Source of the DNA: Paraspadella gotoi
Lineage: Eukaryota; Animalia; Chaetognatha
Length of the DNA stretch: 64,000 nt
Reading direction: 5' to 3'
Assembly: GCA_051294375.1 (NCBI GenBank)
Contig: CM119270.1
Coordinates: 20,544,417 to 20,608,416, forward strand
The notes under the pieces are model-generated. The model was not told the DNA's origin, made no database searches, and saw only the letters and a list, made by a program, of their open reading frames with translations. Position numbers and translations under genes: made by a program. How positions within the stretch are numbered: position 1 is the first letter of the stretch; each line of letters starts with the position of its first letter. This document shows, piece after piece, positions 1 through 13,049 of this stretch.

Positions 1-3000
1 GTTTGCGGCTGAGACGAGCCGATTTGTGGGAACGGAGGATTTTGTGGGGGAAAAGGAGCCGATTTGTGGGCAAGAATTCTGGAAGGAATTTGTGGAGGGA
101 TGTGGGGAAAAGCTGCGATTGTGTTGGCAAGGTTTGTGGGGAAGGGCGCCGATGTGGGCAAGGCGGGCGAAAAATGCATTAGTCTGGAAATAACTGGTTA
201 GGTTGGCAAAACTATAGCTTCAGTTTCAGTTAAAAATCGAATTACTACTATGAATAAGTCTACCGAAAATTCACTAGCGATTACGAGCAGGAAGTACATG
301 CTCACCATTTCATCAATGGGATTCAAATGGAATTTCAATAATAATATTTCAGTCAAATGAATCCACCATTGATTATATAGATGCATTCATTACGCGTTTC
401 AAATGATACGATCGAACATGCAGGTATTAATTAATGATTTCATCACCAACGTTATTAAAATGATGAAATTCCACTATGGCACCATCATTCCCCAACGGAT
501 GCCAAAGATGCAATTCCATATAATAAGCAAATTCACACGCAGCTCATTCCATCAGACCATAACTCCGCTTTTTCCTCCAAGCGAACACGTCTGGATCCCA
601 CGATTTGATGGAATGGACGTGCACAGCGCGAATTCCAGAGCAGTCGGGGGGGGAGAAGGACGGCATGAATATTAAGCCAGATCGAGCCGGAATGGACGCG
701 CCAGGGTGGTGTGGTGGGGAATCCGTGTGCATTGTCAATGGCAATTATGAAGAGCGGCGGGTGTGTTGCTCGCCATTTTATGCGTGGGTTTTCTTTAGAT
801 TTGGTGGAATTTTGTTAAATGTTTTCACGCCATAATATAAAGTATGTTGTGATACATAGATATTCGTACTAATGCGAAAGATTTAACGTATTGACGTGGT
901 AGTTGGTAAACTGAACTCTTGTAAGCCGCGAGCGTCTTTCGGAGATGTAAAAGATTGTCAAATCAATTCCAGTTTTACATTTCCCGTGCGCGCGTGTAAT
1001 ACAGATTCTACGATTCTACAATATAATGCGTTTATTTCGAAATCAGAACACATAGGTTGTTTCGTTACAGCATATAGACATTCAAGCAAGACTATAAAAA
1101 AACAAAAAAACAACAATAATAATAATTAATAGTAGAGGAAAGAAACTATTATTGAGTGAAGTGTTTTTTTCAATATCTCGGGTTTCAATATTCGCTTTTC
1201 TTGAACCATTGCACTTCGGATCCGCAGAATCTCCCTTTTCCGGTTTTCCTACCTCCTCATCCCTTTCGTTCTTACTCTTCCTCTTTCCTTCTCCAGATAG
1301 GAAGATGACTGTTTCTTATAGCTCTCAAGTACCTCCCTATATTGCGCCTCGTACCCCTCTTCACGTGTTTCTCGACATCACTATAGCACTCCCCTCTGGC
1401 CTCTCCTGTATCCCCTACTCCGTCTCCTCGCTCTTACTCCCCTCTTCTTCCCTTCTCCTCGCCTCTCGCTCCCCTCTTCATGGCCGCGGCCCAACAACAA
1501 AGCGGATATGTGCAGAGATGATAGATAGATATGTAGACGAAGGTAGAATGCGGAAGGAAGGGAGGGGGGAGGGAGAGAGAGAGAGAAAGAAAGGGAGGGG
1601 GGCGGAGGGAAGGAAAATGAATTTGGGTGGCGGGCGTGAGAGGGGCAGGGGGGGGATGCGAACAAAAGCGGCCGCGTAACCAAAAGTGAAATGTTGAAGG
1701 GCGCGAGTTTAGAGAGTCGCCTTTGGCGAAAGGATATTTTTGAAAAAATTGAGGAGGGAGGAAGGGAAAGAAGGGAAGAGGGAGAGAGGGAGAGAGAGAG
1801 AGGAGAAGAGAAGGTGAGAGAGAAAGAGCGAGTGAGACTGCCGTAAAAGGAAAAAGTAATCAACCGGATATGTCATTAAAAATCTGTCATCCCTTCATCA
1901 CGACTCTAATATTACCTTTTCATCTTAAGAACTATTTTTTTTAAAAATCTGAATCTTTTTAATTTTTTTTTTTTGCATGACGAAAATTAGAAAAAACTCA
2001 TTATATTATTTCTCTGTGTTTTCTTGATGTCAGTCGTCGTGAGTCGTCGTCATCGTGTTTCATGACGTCGGCGTCGTGTAGCGGTCGTGTCACGTCTCGC
2101 AAAACTGTGCATTTTTAAATGTTGGGTTCGGGAGATTTGAGGCGCGTGATTATTATTTTTTCGCTGATCATTGCAATTGATCTATCTCTTCCTTAGAGAT
2201 TGTATCGTTCGTAGAGGCATGAGTTAGGAGTTTCATCTGATCTCTCTTCATCTCGTTCTACTCTCTCGCTTCGTCGGTCTCTCTCGTTCTCTCTCTCTCG
2301 CTTAAATGGGTCTGAAGCTGTCTCGGAATTATTACGCCAGACGGAAAAAAAAAAAAACGTATATGGATTATCTCAGAACGACGATTTGAAAGAGGAGAGA
2401 GAGAGAGAGAGAGAGAGGGAGGAGGAAGGGAGGAGGAGGAGAGGAGAGAGGAGAGAGAGGAAGAGGGAGAGAGAGAGAGTTTTATTTCAATTTCAATATG
2501 CGATGGCGGGCTGCTTCAATCATCGTCGGGGAGGGTAGGAGAGAACCAGGGAAAAGGGAGATTCTGCGGACTCCGAAGGCTGGCAATGGGTTTAAGAAAA
2601 GCGAGATATTGAAACCGAGGATAGTGAAAAAACACTGTCCTCAAAATAATAGTTTCTTTCTCTACTATTTAATTAGTTATTATGTTTGTTTTTTTTTTGT
2701 TTTTTTATAGTCTTGCTTGATGTTATATGCTGTACTGAATCAACCATTTTTTTGTTGAGTTCGAAATAAAACGCATATATTTAGAATCGTCAGAATCGGT
2801 GATGATCGCGCGCGACGGAAATGTGAAACTGTGAATTGATGTGACAATCTTTACGATCCTCCGAAAGACGCTCGACGCTTACAAAGATTCGTTTACAACG
2901 ACACGTCAATAACGTTATAATGCTTTCGCGATTAACGAATATTTAGTTAATCTACGAACATATTTATATATGGCGGAAAACATTTAAAAAATTCACCAAA

Positions 3001-4545
3001 ATTAAAGAAAACCAAGCAGAAATGGGAGCCGACAACCCCGCGTCTTCATAATTGATTGACAATGCAACGGAGTTCCCACCAAGCACCGCGGCGTCCATTC
3101 CGGCTCGATGCTTGGTGCTTAATATTCATGGCGTCCTTTCCCCCCCCCCCCGACTGCTTGGAATTCGCGCGTTGACGTCCACTCCATCAAATCGCTGGAT
3201 CAGAACGAGGTGCTTGGGAGGAAAAATGCGGAGTTGGTCTTGTATGGAATGGAGCTGCGTTGGTGGAATTGCATTGATGGAATTGCATCTTTGGGATCTC
3301 GTTGGTGGAATTGCATTAGTGGAATTTCATCTATGTAATAACGTTGGTGAAAATTCATTAATAAATTGCATTGTTCGATTTGTATTCATTGAAACNNNNN
3401 NNNNNNNNNNNNNNNNNNNNAAAGGAGAGAAGAGAGATTGTAATCTATAATGATATTAAAATAAGTCTATTACTTCTCGCGAGAGAGTCTCCACCTAAAG
3501 CAGAGTTCTGAACACTAGAGATATTCTCCTATAGCCTCACCAATTTTTCCAGAATACATACGCGATTGGCTCTCAATTCCGGAGAGTTCAAGGAATTTTC
3601 AATCAATGAATCATGAAATCTCGCACAATCAATGCACAGAGGTATTCTACACACTACTTTTAGACTCTATTATATTTTCGTATCCAGCCCCACATTCCAT
3701 TTAACAGCCATCTATATAATCAAGTTGGTGGAATTGCATTGATGGAATAGTATTGATGAAATTCCATTGGTGGAATCGCATTGATGAAATGGTGAGGCTG
3801 GAATTTCCTGGGGGTAATCGCTANNNNNNNNNNAATAAATTGCATTGTTTGATTTGTATTCATTGAAACGCGTTAATGGAATTGCATCCATATAATCAAG
3901 TTGGTGGAATTGCATTAGTGGAATTTCATCTATGTAATCANNNNNNNNNNNNNNNNNNNNNNNNNNNNNNNNNNNNNNNNNNNNNNNNNNNNNNNCATCT
4001 ATATAATCAAGTTGGTGGAATTGCATTGATGGAATTGTATTGATGAAATTCCATTGGTGGAATCGCATTGATTAAATGGTGAGGCTGGAATTTCCTGGGT
4101 GTAATCGCTAGGTGGAATTTTATCGGTAGATTATCATTAGNNNNNNNNNNNNNNNNNNNNNNNNNNNNNNNNNNNNNNNNNNNNNNNNNNNNNNNNNNNN
4201 NNNNNNNNNNNNNNNNNNNNNNNNNNNNNNNNNNNNNNNNNNNNNNNNNNNNNNNNNNNNNNNNNNNNNNNNNNNNNNNNNNNTTGAACTGAAGCTATAG
4301 TTTTGCCAACCTATTTCCAGACTCAGCATTTTTCGCCCGCAAATTCTCCTTGCCCACAAATCGACGGTCTTTTCCCCCCACAAATCTTCCTTGCACACAA
4401 ATGGGCGGTGTTTTCCCCCACAAATCCCCCTTGCCCACAAATCGGTAGTCTTTTCCCTCACAAATTCTTCTTGCCCACAAATCGGCGGCCTTTTCCCCCA
4501 CAAATCCTCGTTGCCCACAAATCGGCGTCTCAGCCGCTAAACTGG
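1..4545. repeat. Large imperfect fold-back: left arm ~1-1300, right arm ~2500-4545, possibly a chimeric-read artefact
   Basis: 1-230 is the reverse complement of ~4285-4545. ~600-800 matches ~3050-3230 inverted, and ~1150-1260 matches ~2530-2640 inverted. Differences between arms are dominated by indels. Confidence 0.8.
3240..4125 (+). repeat. Degenerate minisatellite (ggtggaattgcattgatggaattg-like units) broken by gaps
   Basis: Repeated gtggaattgcatt/gatgaaattcc motifs. Confidence 0.7.
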
Positions 4546-5579
4546 GATTAGTTTTTCTCGCGACTCAAAATCGAAATTAATCTCGACCAACTGGGATTCT
4601 TGAGGATCAAGAAAATCATTTTCCAAATATTTTCCCAACTTTTTTCTCTGACGAAGAATAATTTCCAAGGTTTTTCATTTTTATTTATTTATTATTTTTT
4701 TTTTTTTTTTAGGTTTTTTGTTTGCTGAGTGTGATTTCGTTTAGTATTTTGGTTTTAGTCAAAATTGAACAAATCGAGGAACCTTTTCAACAGATAACTC
4801 AACTTGGTTTGTAAAGAGACTGATTAATCGATATTACCTTAAAAAATAGCGAAAAAGATAGTGAAGGGATAGTATAAATATAGAGAAATAATTATGAGCA
4901 ATACTTTCTTTGCAAGGATTCATATGAATAAAAAAAANNNNNNNNNNNNNNNNNNNNNNNNNNNNNNNNNNNNNNNNNNNNNNNNNNNNNNNNNNNNNNN
5001 NNNNNNNNNNNNNNNNNNNNNNNNNNNNNNNNNNNNNNNNNNNNNNNNNNNNNNNNNNNNNNNNNNNNNNNNNNNNNNNNNNNNNNNNNNNNNNNNNNNT
5101 TTCATGAACGAAAAAGTGAAAAATTATTTCCATCGCGATTTATCATAATTTCTGTCTTGACAAGTTCGGTCGTCGTCGTCGTCGTTGTTGTCGTCGTCGT
5201 CGTTCTTTTCGTCATCTTTGTCGTCGTGATTGTTTTTCCTTTTGCCTTTATATTAAAAGCTTAAAATGTATGAAAGCTTTGAAAGTAACGATGTTGATTT
5301 AAAAAAAAAAACGAATAAAATCGGTTGTAAACTATTTAGGCCACGTCCCTTCGTTTAAAATTCAATCATTCAATTTCGATATTAAAATTTAGATTCTCGA
5401 AGAAAAAAACAATCTTTAAATTGTTTGAAAATGTGTAATAATGATTATTCTATGAGTTCAACAAAATTCAACGAAAAACGTATCACGATTTGAATTCTTA
5501 AATTTTTTTTTTTCGAAATTCGATTTTCTATTTTTGACTCAAATTCGTCAATTTTTGTGTTCTCAGTTTCGTCTCACGC

Positions 5580-7339
5580 TCGTTTGACACTCTTTCTCTC
5601 TCATACTTTCCATCAATCAGTAGATTGGGGAGGAGAGCATTTTGTCTGTGCTCGAGGTTATTCCCTACATGGTTCGACTGGACCTGTGAACGTGCTCTGT
5701 AGTACCTCTGGCCTCTCGCGGTCGATGGATCAGAGTCGTAGGTCTCGAGCAAATAATACATAATTCGTTAGTTCTAGACAGCGCAGGTTCGGTTAGGTCG
5801 CATAATTTGATCTTGTCAACCAACAGCTGGAACAGGCCCTCTGGTAGTGGGCTACCACTGCCTCTTTTAGAAATGTGGCTTGAGATGAGGAATATTCGTA
5901 GTGAGCTAAAATACGCACGCCTAGATTGCTACAGAGATGCCGGTCGTGGAACTGGAATTTACGGAAAAATTATGATATTTCGAAGCTCTCGTCAACAAGA
6001 CGTAGAGGCTTTCGTTGGTTTTGCCACTGACATAACTTCGATATCCTTTTACTCGTACGGGCATGACTATAAATGCTTTATAGTCCGTGGATCAAGGTCG
6101 CGATGTACTATATATTAGATAATATATAGACAATGAGAGTGAGATGGCCTGGTTTCCCTACTATCGAATGTCGCAATGCTTGGCACGTGTTTTCGTTTTC
6201 CCGAACCACGATGTCACAGAAGAGTCCGCACGTACACATTCTATACTATCATGTCGTTCGCCAGACAAAAATTCCGCGCACAGCAGTTCGTAAGTGTGCA
6301 GTTCCGGCCGGTGAACATCATATCGCTGCTGGACATCCCTATCCCCAGCAGTATGGCGCGGAATCGTTGCCTATCTACCATTTCATTGATATTTCGTCTC
6401 GCCATGGTCCTGCCATCTCTTAAGGTGCAATTCTTCACGCCGCCATTTCCTTGCTCTGCATTGGGTTAAGGTTTCTGAATAGAAGCCGTCGAGCTGCGGA
6501 GTATTGGTCCTGTGTAAGCTCGATGAGGCCTCGGCACCTGGTGAATCTTTCCTAGGCGAGGTAATTCCACCTGGGTATAGGTGCAAGCTCTGTGTTGCCC
6601 TGTGCGGCAAGATTGGTCCTTACTCTGGCCATTTATCGAGGTTCGATTTCTCTAGCCGAGATCTTTTGTTCGTAAAAGGGTGACGGTTGGAATCCGTGTG
6701 TAGCTCTTTCTCCATCCCATAAAGTGTGTCGTGAAAAAATTAGCTTCTCTTGTGCAGTAAGCCATCTGCATCAGTTGTGACTATTTCGTGGTTGCTTGGT
6801 TCTAAATGCGCTTCCCTCCTTCACGATACATTATGCCGGCCTCGCTCATTAAGACTCACGTGCGGTCTGCCAATCTATGACGGGGAACAATGTCTACGGG
6901 CGACTGTGTTTCTCCTGATGAACTTGTAAAACTGTGCTTACCCCCGCTCCGCCTCCTACGGCCCCTCCCTTCGGCGGACATAACATAATGCACTGATCCT
7001 GGTGAGCGTGAAGTGGGTCTATGCGCTTTACAGATTTGGGTATTGGATGGACCAACCATCCACACAACGACTTCCCGCGGCATTATGGTTAGGTCACACC
7101 CTTTTTTCCGTCATGTTCTTCCTTGCCGGGAATAAAAGACCAGTTCGCCGCGTCGTAATCTCTCTGTGACAGGTTTTATGTGTCCACATATGTGCTGGCG
7201 GTCCAGCCATCGTTGTAGCAATGAGTTTGGAATGTTTTGTTGCAGTTATTAGATTTTGAACTACACTCAGCCGGGTTAACTGCGCTTTTCCGCGCCATGG
7301 CAGTTTGATGAGGGAGATGATCCACAAAGGAGGGTCCAT
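5580..7339 (-). pseudogene. env-like third ORF (signal-peptide-like start, Cys-rich), frameshifted and 3'-truncated
   Basis: ATG at 7339 follows a pyrimidine tract plus CAG. MDPPLWIISLI is followed by alternate-frame AVNPAECSSKSNNCNKTFQTHCYNDGW, RCVDGWSI and MCTCGLFCD. N-x-S/T sites are present, and it lies 3' of integrase. Confidence 0.55.
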
Positions 7340-7399
7340 CTGTGGCTATTTTATGAAGGAGACGCAGACGAGAGCACGACGAGAGAGGAGCATTCCTAG

Positions 7400-7760
7400 T
7401 CTTAGACTTTTGGCAGCTTTAGACTTTCATTCGAGGATACTTTGACTCTTCTCTGATCTCTTTTAAGGGTCTTTTCGAACCAAACCAAAGCAAACTTCTT
7501 CGGCGCTGAGTCTTTAAAAAGGACTATTCGGATCAGGATATTGTTCCTTGCGATCTTTCATAGAATCTTATCTCTTTAAAAAGACCTTTTGGAGGCTGAG
7601 TCTTCTCAAAAAGGACTTTCGGTTCAGATGTGATCATTTAGTTCTTTAAGATCTGCTAGTCTTAGCTCATGTCGATATTGATTCTTAGCCTTGAAAAAGA
7701 CCTTGGGAATAAGAGAGAAGAGGAGACCTATTCTTTTGCATTTTACCCGAACTGCGACGA
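7400..7760. repeat. Degenerate internal tandem repeats between integrase and the env-like ORF
   Basis: Recurrent gctgagtct...aaaaaggact(a/t)ttcgg.tcag and aaaaagacct units. Confidence 0.5.
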
Positions 7761-8299
7761 GAGTCGAGATATCAAAAAAAAAAATTTGTTTCTTTTGTGA
7801 AATGTCTATTTGCCTACTTCCGAGCTGGAGAGAAATATTTTTGTGGAGGGTCGTCCGTTCGCTCACTGCTCTTTAAAGCTTCTGTTCCCGTGGCTTTCTT
7901 TTTCTCGCTTCTCTGCGTCTCTTTCTTTTTGGCGGAATGCAGGCACTGTCGGTCGCTTGTATTTTCCTCAATGGCTATTGTTTGCCTCTGTGGCTTTGTT
8001 TTGTGTTGCTCCTGTCCTTTTGGCGGAAGGCGTGCAGGCGCCATTGTGGTTATCAGTTCGTCTTTGGAGCAATTTGTTCCATTTTGAGGAGGATTAGTGA
8101 GGTTGTCGCGACTGTGTATGTGTTCTTATTAGTTTCTTCATCACGTCTTTCTTCTTTTTGTTTTTTTTTTGCGCTTACTACGGTCTCATATATGTGGCTA
8201 AATTGTCTAGCTTTTGGAGCTGATATGTTAGCGCGTCTAAGTGGTATTAAGATTTCGCTCCTAACAGACTTGCACTAGATGGTTCGTCCTCTCGATATA

Positions 8300-9460
8300 A
8301 CCTTGTGAGCTTTGCGCGCCAGAGTTGGATGAGGTATGTCTAACGAACTTTTGTCCGCTGATCGGGACCTTGTATACGCCTGTCTATACCTGTGTTCAGA
8401 GATATTGTGGATACTTTGCTGTAGGTCGACTAGGTCCCGTCAATGATAAGACTCGCGTACTGGTTAGGACTAGGTGCCGACGCGTTAATCTTTACTTGCG
8501 CCGTCGATGGCCTATGGCAAGTGTCCTATGGGTGTTGTAGTTTTTCGCTACCTTTGGTTGGCCAGCTGTGCTTGGGCTTCTCTCAACTAGTTTGTTCTGC
8601 CCTTTGTTTCTGATGAGTCGATGAGATTTTCTTTTGGGAAATCGTCGGCGCTTCGATTATCCTGTGTCTCAGTGGCCAAATTGTGATAGTTTCGTTGCCA
8701 GCGACATGATCTGTGCATTCCATACCGACTATGGGTCGTCGCAGTTTAGGAGGAGCTTAAATGAGGGCAGAGCTGTCGAGCACTCTTGTATTAGGGTCTT
8801 GTGTCTCCAGCGACGCGCTTTGCCGAGTGCCTAGACGGATTCTATGCCCACATGTCCTCTTTTCGTGCTCTGTGTGTCCATTCTGGCCCACCATGACGCG
8901 CGTCTGCCTACCTGAGGTATCTACAAGTCAAGTATTGATTTGCAGTTGCGATACGCAGAATCTTCATTATTGGGTGTGCCACATCAATAGAAATTTGACA
9001 TGTCCCTGAAGGTCCGTGTTGGAGAAAAATCTGTTTTCATCGAGAGCTTTTAACGATTTTGTAGGATCTAGCCTCGGACAGCTAGCGGGATAGCCCGGCT
9101 GTCATGGCGGACCGCAACTTATGCCGGGCTACCAGAACAGTAATTTGTGCCGCGACCTGGGGCAAGATGCAATTACTCGCATGCTAAGCGTTTCCCATGG
9201 GGATGGCGAGGTGTGGGCTTGATGCTGTGTTGTTGCGTTGATGCGTTAGTAGCATCTGTTTGCCGTTTTTGACGCAATGAAGTAACGCAATTTCTACAGG
9301 CAATTCTAGGCAACGGATGCAGTGAGCTACGCCAGGGGTAAGAGGTTAGCCTGGGCGTCGTGATGAATGTCTAGTTCGGGTCTCGGCCCGGGTGTCGCAA
9401 GCGTTCATGAATCCCGTTTTGTAACTTCTTGCCGTCTTGATAGTTAGGTACGACGAATAT
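8300..9460 (-). pseudogene. pol: Integrase (HHCC zinc finger plus degenerate core)
   Basis: EIFVVPNYQDGKKLQNGIHERLRHPGRD (end of ORF 9371-9766) followed by VAHCIRCLE (9301-9330). The DDE residues cannot be read through the frameshifts. Confidence 0.75.
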
Positions 9461-10559
9461 TTCTTGTTGGGGATAGTCGGCTTTGAGTGCATTTAATGCA
9501 TTGAGAATGATTTCGTTTTCGGTGATGTCAAATAAATCGAGGTCAGTCTGACTAAGTATTCTCGCGCTAACAGTATATTTGCATTTTTTGATACTTTCAT
9601 TCCAGTTTTTGGCATCGCTTTTTCTACGCCGGTCGCCTCTCTGAGAGCTTTTGCGAACTAATCTGAATGATTCTTCTCTCATCTTAGCCATCTCTTTATC
9701 TAGATGCGATATCGGTGAGGGAAGGTCCGGTTGATTATTTGCTGCGGTTATTTCCTTGATTATCATTTTGCAATGTTCCTGCTACTCTGTGGCCATCGCG
9801 TCCGCATCGAGGGGCGCTATCGATCTATACAGCTCGCTGATGGGCCCCGAGGCGCAAATTGTTGATCTAAGATGCCTACTATCTGTCCCTGGGGATTGTT
9901 CGCGTGCGTTGATTCGCGCGACATGCCGTATGACATGATTGGTCTGAGGCCACTGCAGGTTTAATGAAGCTCGCTGTGGGAGGTGTGGACAATGTGTGTT
10001 AGCGCGAAGTATCAATTTTAGTGTGCCTTGCCGTCCTCTGCAGTTCTGCCCTTGCTATAGTTTGTCCGACTTTGATGGTGTCTGGATGGTTCAGGGATGA
10101 CGTTAAGTCGCGTGATCTTTCTTTTGTCAGTTCATGCTGGATAAAGGCTGACTTGCCCCGTCCGATGGTTCTTAAAAGATTTTTAATACGATCTGTGTCC
10201 TAGTAGAGATCCGTAAATTCTTTTCGAATTTGCAACCTGTTTTCTTTGGTTGAAGTCCTGCATTCGCATCAATGACCAACGGTGATTCCCAGTCATCTCG
10301 CTTGAGCGATTGTGATCAGTTCTGGGATGCCCAGCGATCCAGTCTCTGGACATGATAATTTTGGTCATCTGATGAAGATGTGTCAGGATCTTTGGGTTGG
10401 TTGGTTGTTCCCTATATCTTCTCGATATTAAGGACCCTTCTTGTGTGGCAAATAGCGTTGTCGAGAATAATCTCAATAATGAATTTTCGCTCATGAAGAG
10501 CCTGGTCATTGTGTCAGAGCGTTTGGCGGCTAACGTACGCCAGCGGTGGGCGGGCCGTA

Positions 10560-10760
10560 TGTAGCATGTTCTCGGGTGTGATCCACCCCGCCGAACTAAC
10601 CAGCACGCCTAGCACCCCACACCGCTCCCCAGGTACCTCCCAAAGGAAATCACACAATGTTTGGAAGGTATGGTAACGACGGGATTTCGGCAAAGCCAGG
10701 TTCGTATTTTCCAGAGCATATCGAAGCCTGCCGGAAAGAAAGGTGTGTCAGGGGCGTGAC
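10560..10760 (-). pseudogene. Possible degenerate dUTPase-like domain between RNase H and integrase
   Basis: PAGFDM (AGFD at 10720-10731), then 17 aa later PS, then FGRYLGSG and, across frameshifts, LGVLV..GV/I. These resemble dUTPase motifs 1-3, but motif 3 (IDxDY) is not intact. Confidence 0.35.
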
Positions 10761-10849
10761 CTTGGCCTTGGTCCGTGACGGGTCAAACATTGCGGATTAT
10801 TCCTCGCTCTTTGACGGGATGATCTGCCCTTAGGTTGACATTCTTGCCG

Positions 10850-11200
10850 TATTTCGGTTAATCACTGAGCACGATTGGTGGGCAGTAAATTGTTTGGCCT
10901 ATCGTCGCTGGAGATCCATCACCCTCTTAATACTGTGATGTCGGTGACTAGAGTGAGCGCTCCGTCCAGCAGGGTGTAACCGCTTGAATTTGCGGAGCCA
11001 TCCATGTTGAAATGCAAGAGTCTCCCCCAGGATGTTGATATGCTTTATCCTGTACTCGTCAGGGAAAGACTTTGAGTGAAAGACAGTGGATAATTCGGAC
11101 GCGCATCTGCAGTCGCGGTTGATTAAGCCACCCATTCGCGCTTGTGCTGCATCAGCATAAATTTTTGTAAATGAGCCTTGCTGATTCTTGCGTTTCATTA
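10850..11200 (-). pseudogene. pol: RNase H domain (Ty3/Gypsy type)
   Basis: IYADAAQARMGGLI...TVFHSKSFPDEYRIKHINIL(G)ETLAF in ORF 10899-11198 fits the DAS-GxG...F.SK...ELxA pattern. Confidence 0.8.
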
Positions 11201-11399
11201 AGGAAGGTTTAAGGCCGGGCGATGACCTTATTTCCTCTATAAGGAGCTTGCAGCATCTTTGTGTGTTTATCCGTTCTTGAATTCTTTTTTGTCAAAAAGC
11301 AGGGTGAGGGCGTGGAGAGGTTGGGGCGATGTAATGGAGAATCGTGGGTGAAGCATCTGTAGTAATTCAATGATGCCAAGCATTATCGCTCTGAGCTTC

Positions 11400-12150
11400 C
11401 TTCTGCGTTTTCAAGCGATTTCAGTTTGAGCTCGACCGCGTCGAGTTTCTCTCTTTGTGGCATTGAACTTGCTGCTTTGAAGATACTGAAGCAGGATCTT
11501 GATATCCTCTTTTCGGCAGGAGGACGCTCTGTTGTCATTTGAGAACCACGTTTCGTCTCTGCATCTTTTGCAAGAGATCGCGGAGTCTGTGGGGCCATGT
11601 TCCTCTTGGCGACTTTGGTGTTAGGATGAGGTCGTCCACAGTAGACGAGAAAACTTTTGGACGTCTGTGCCCTAAGTCTTCGGAAGATCTCATCCAGTAT
11701 AGCTTGAGAGGACGTTGACGCTGTTGACGCCCACCATTGGCAGCTTATTCATCCCACCAGTTATGACCCGCTCCGGCGAAGGTTGTAACCGGCATTGCAG
11801 CGGTCCGTTAGATTGACCTGATGGAAGCAGGCCAAGATATCCACTGAGGCACTGGAGTTCGTGCGGTTTGTATTGTTCGAGTATTGAGGCTATCGTGTTT
11901 TGTGGTTCTGTTGCATATGTGGAGATGTTATTATTTTACGGAAGAGAGGTCGCATATTAATCGCCACATGTTTCGCAAAAGTTTTTGTCGTTCATTTGGT
12001 CCTGTCCCTGCAGCAACGTGTCCGGGTTTTTTTATGAGAAAGGCGTTCGAGTAGGCTTCATTCCTTGTTTCTAGATACAATGCCTGCTTTCTCGTAAACT
12101 TCAGTACCGTTTGAGGCCACTTTCTTAACTGGCCCTGATTGGCAAATCTC
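11400..12150 (-). pseudogene. pol: Reverse transcriptase domain
   Basis: Minus strand tca gtg gat atc ttg gcc tgc ttc cat cag (SVDILACFHQ, ~11820-11850), TTF...KLPM, and gtc tac [t] gtg gac gac ctc atc (YVDDLI with a 1-nt insertion, 11625-11646). Confidence 0.85.
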
Positions 12151-13049
12151 GGCTTTGGGAGGTCTCGTTTGTATAAACGCGAGTTTCGACCCTGTAGTTG
12201 AAGGAAGCCGCTCCTTGCAATCGTTTTCGATTCTCCAAAGACGTCTCGAAACTCCCAGACAATCGCTCCCAGACGCAGTTGTGCTTTGTCCTTTAGGCTT
12301 GGGTCGACGTCCTTGAATGGTTTTCAGAAATGCCTTCCTTGCCACGTTTCGTCGTGTTTTTGCTTCTCTTTTGGCGTGCTTTCCTCCACCGCTTTTTAAT
12401 TCTTCTGCGGCTCGGCTTATGCATGGACGATCGTAGTGGCCGGGATATGATCCTTGCCGTACTTTCCTTAATAGGGGTTTTTGCATCGCCTGATAGGTCG
12501 GTCTTGTACGGGTTCGGCCGTGATGTTTGTTTGCAAGATGCAGGTCCGACCTTGGCTTCGTTTGTTATTAGGGTCGTGCTGTTCCCGCAATATCCGGTTC
12601 AGCGTCCAATTCTACTCCCTCTTTGAGCTGGTCGCCATCTTGCGATGTAAGGCTTTTTCTTTGTCTTCCGCTGTCGACAATCCATTCTTGTTCGCGGTTA
12701 GGGTTTTCCAGTAAGCTTTGTTTGAGGTTAGCTAGTTTTTCCATCTTCGCCTCTCTCTGAGTGTATGGGTAAGATGGTGTGCTCATCGACGTTTTCCGTC
12801 GAGCGAGCCATCTGGCCGCTTTGAGGGCCTCATGTTTGTCTCCAAACAGGTGCGTGAATGGGTTTTGCCGCCATGGTGGCAATTTGCAAGTCTCCTTCCT
12901 CTGATTTGAGGTTGTACCTACCCATAGCTGGTCCTGGAGGGCCTGGAATTGGTGATGGCCGTTCCGATGATTATGTCTTTGTCGTTTTCGTGGCAGAGAC
13001 ATAGAAGATGGTGCGGAGGACCATTTTTGGAACATCAACCCTGAGGTTA

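Noticed and set aside
10899-11198. HINILE-like motif suggesting a DIRS element
   Set aside because: An aspartic protease, HHCC integrase, direct-type LTR and tRNA PBS indicate Ty3/Gypsy; no tyrosine recombinase was seen.
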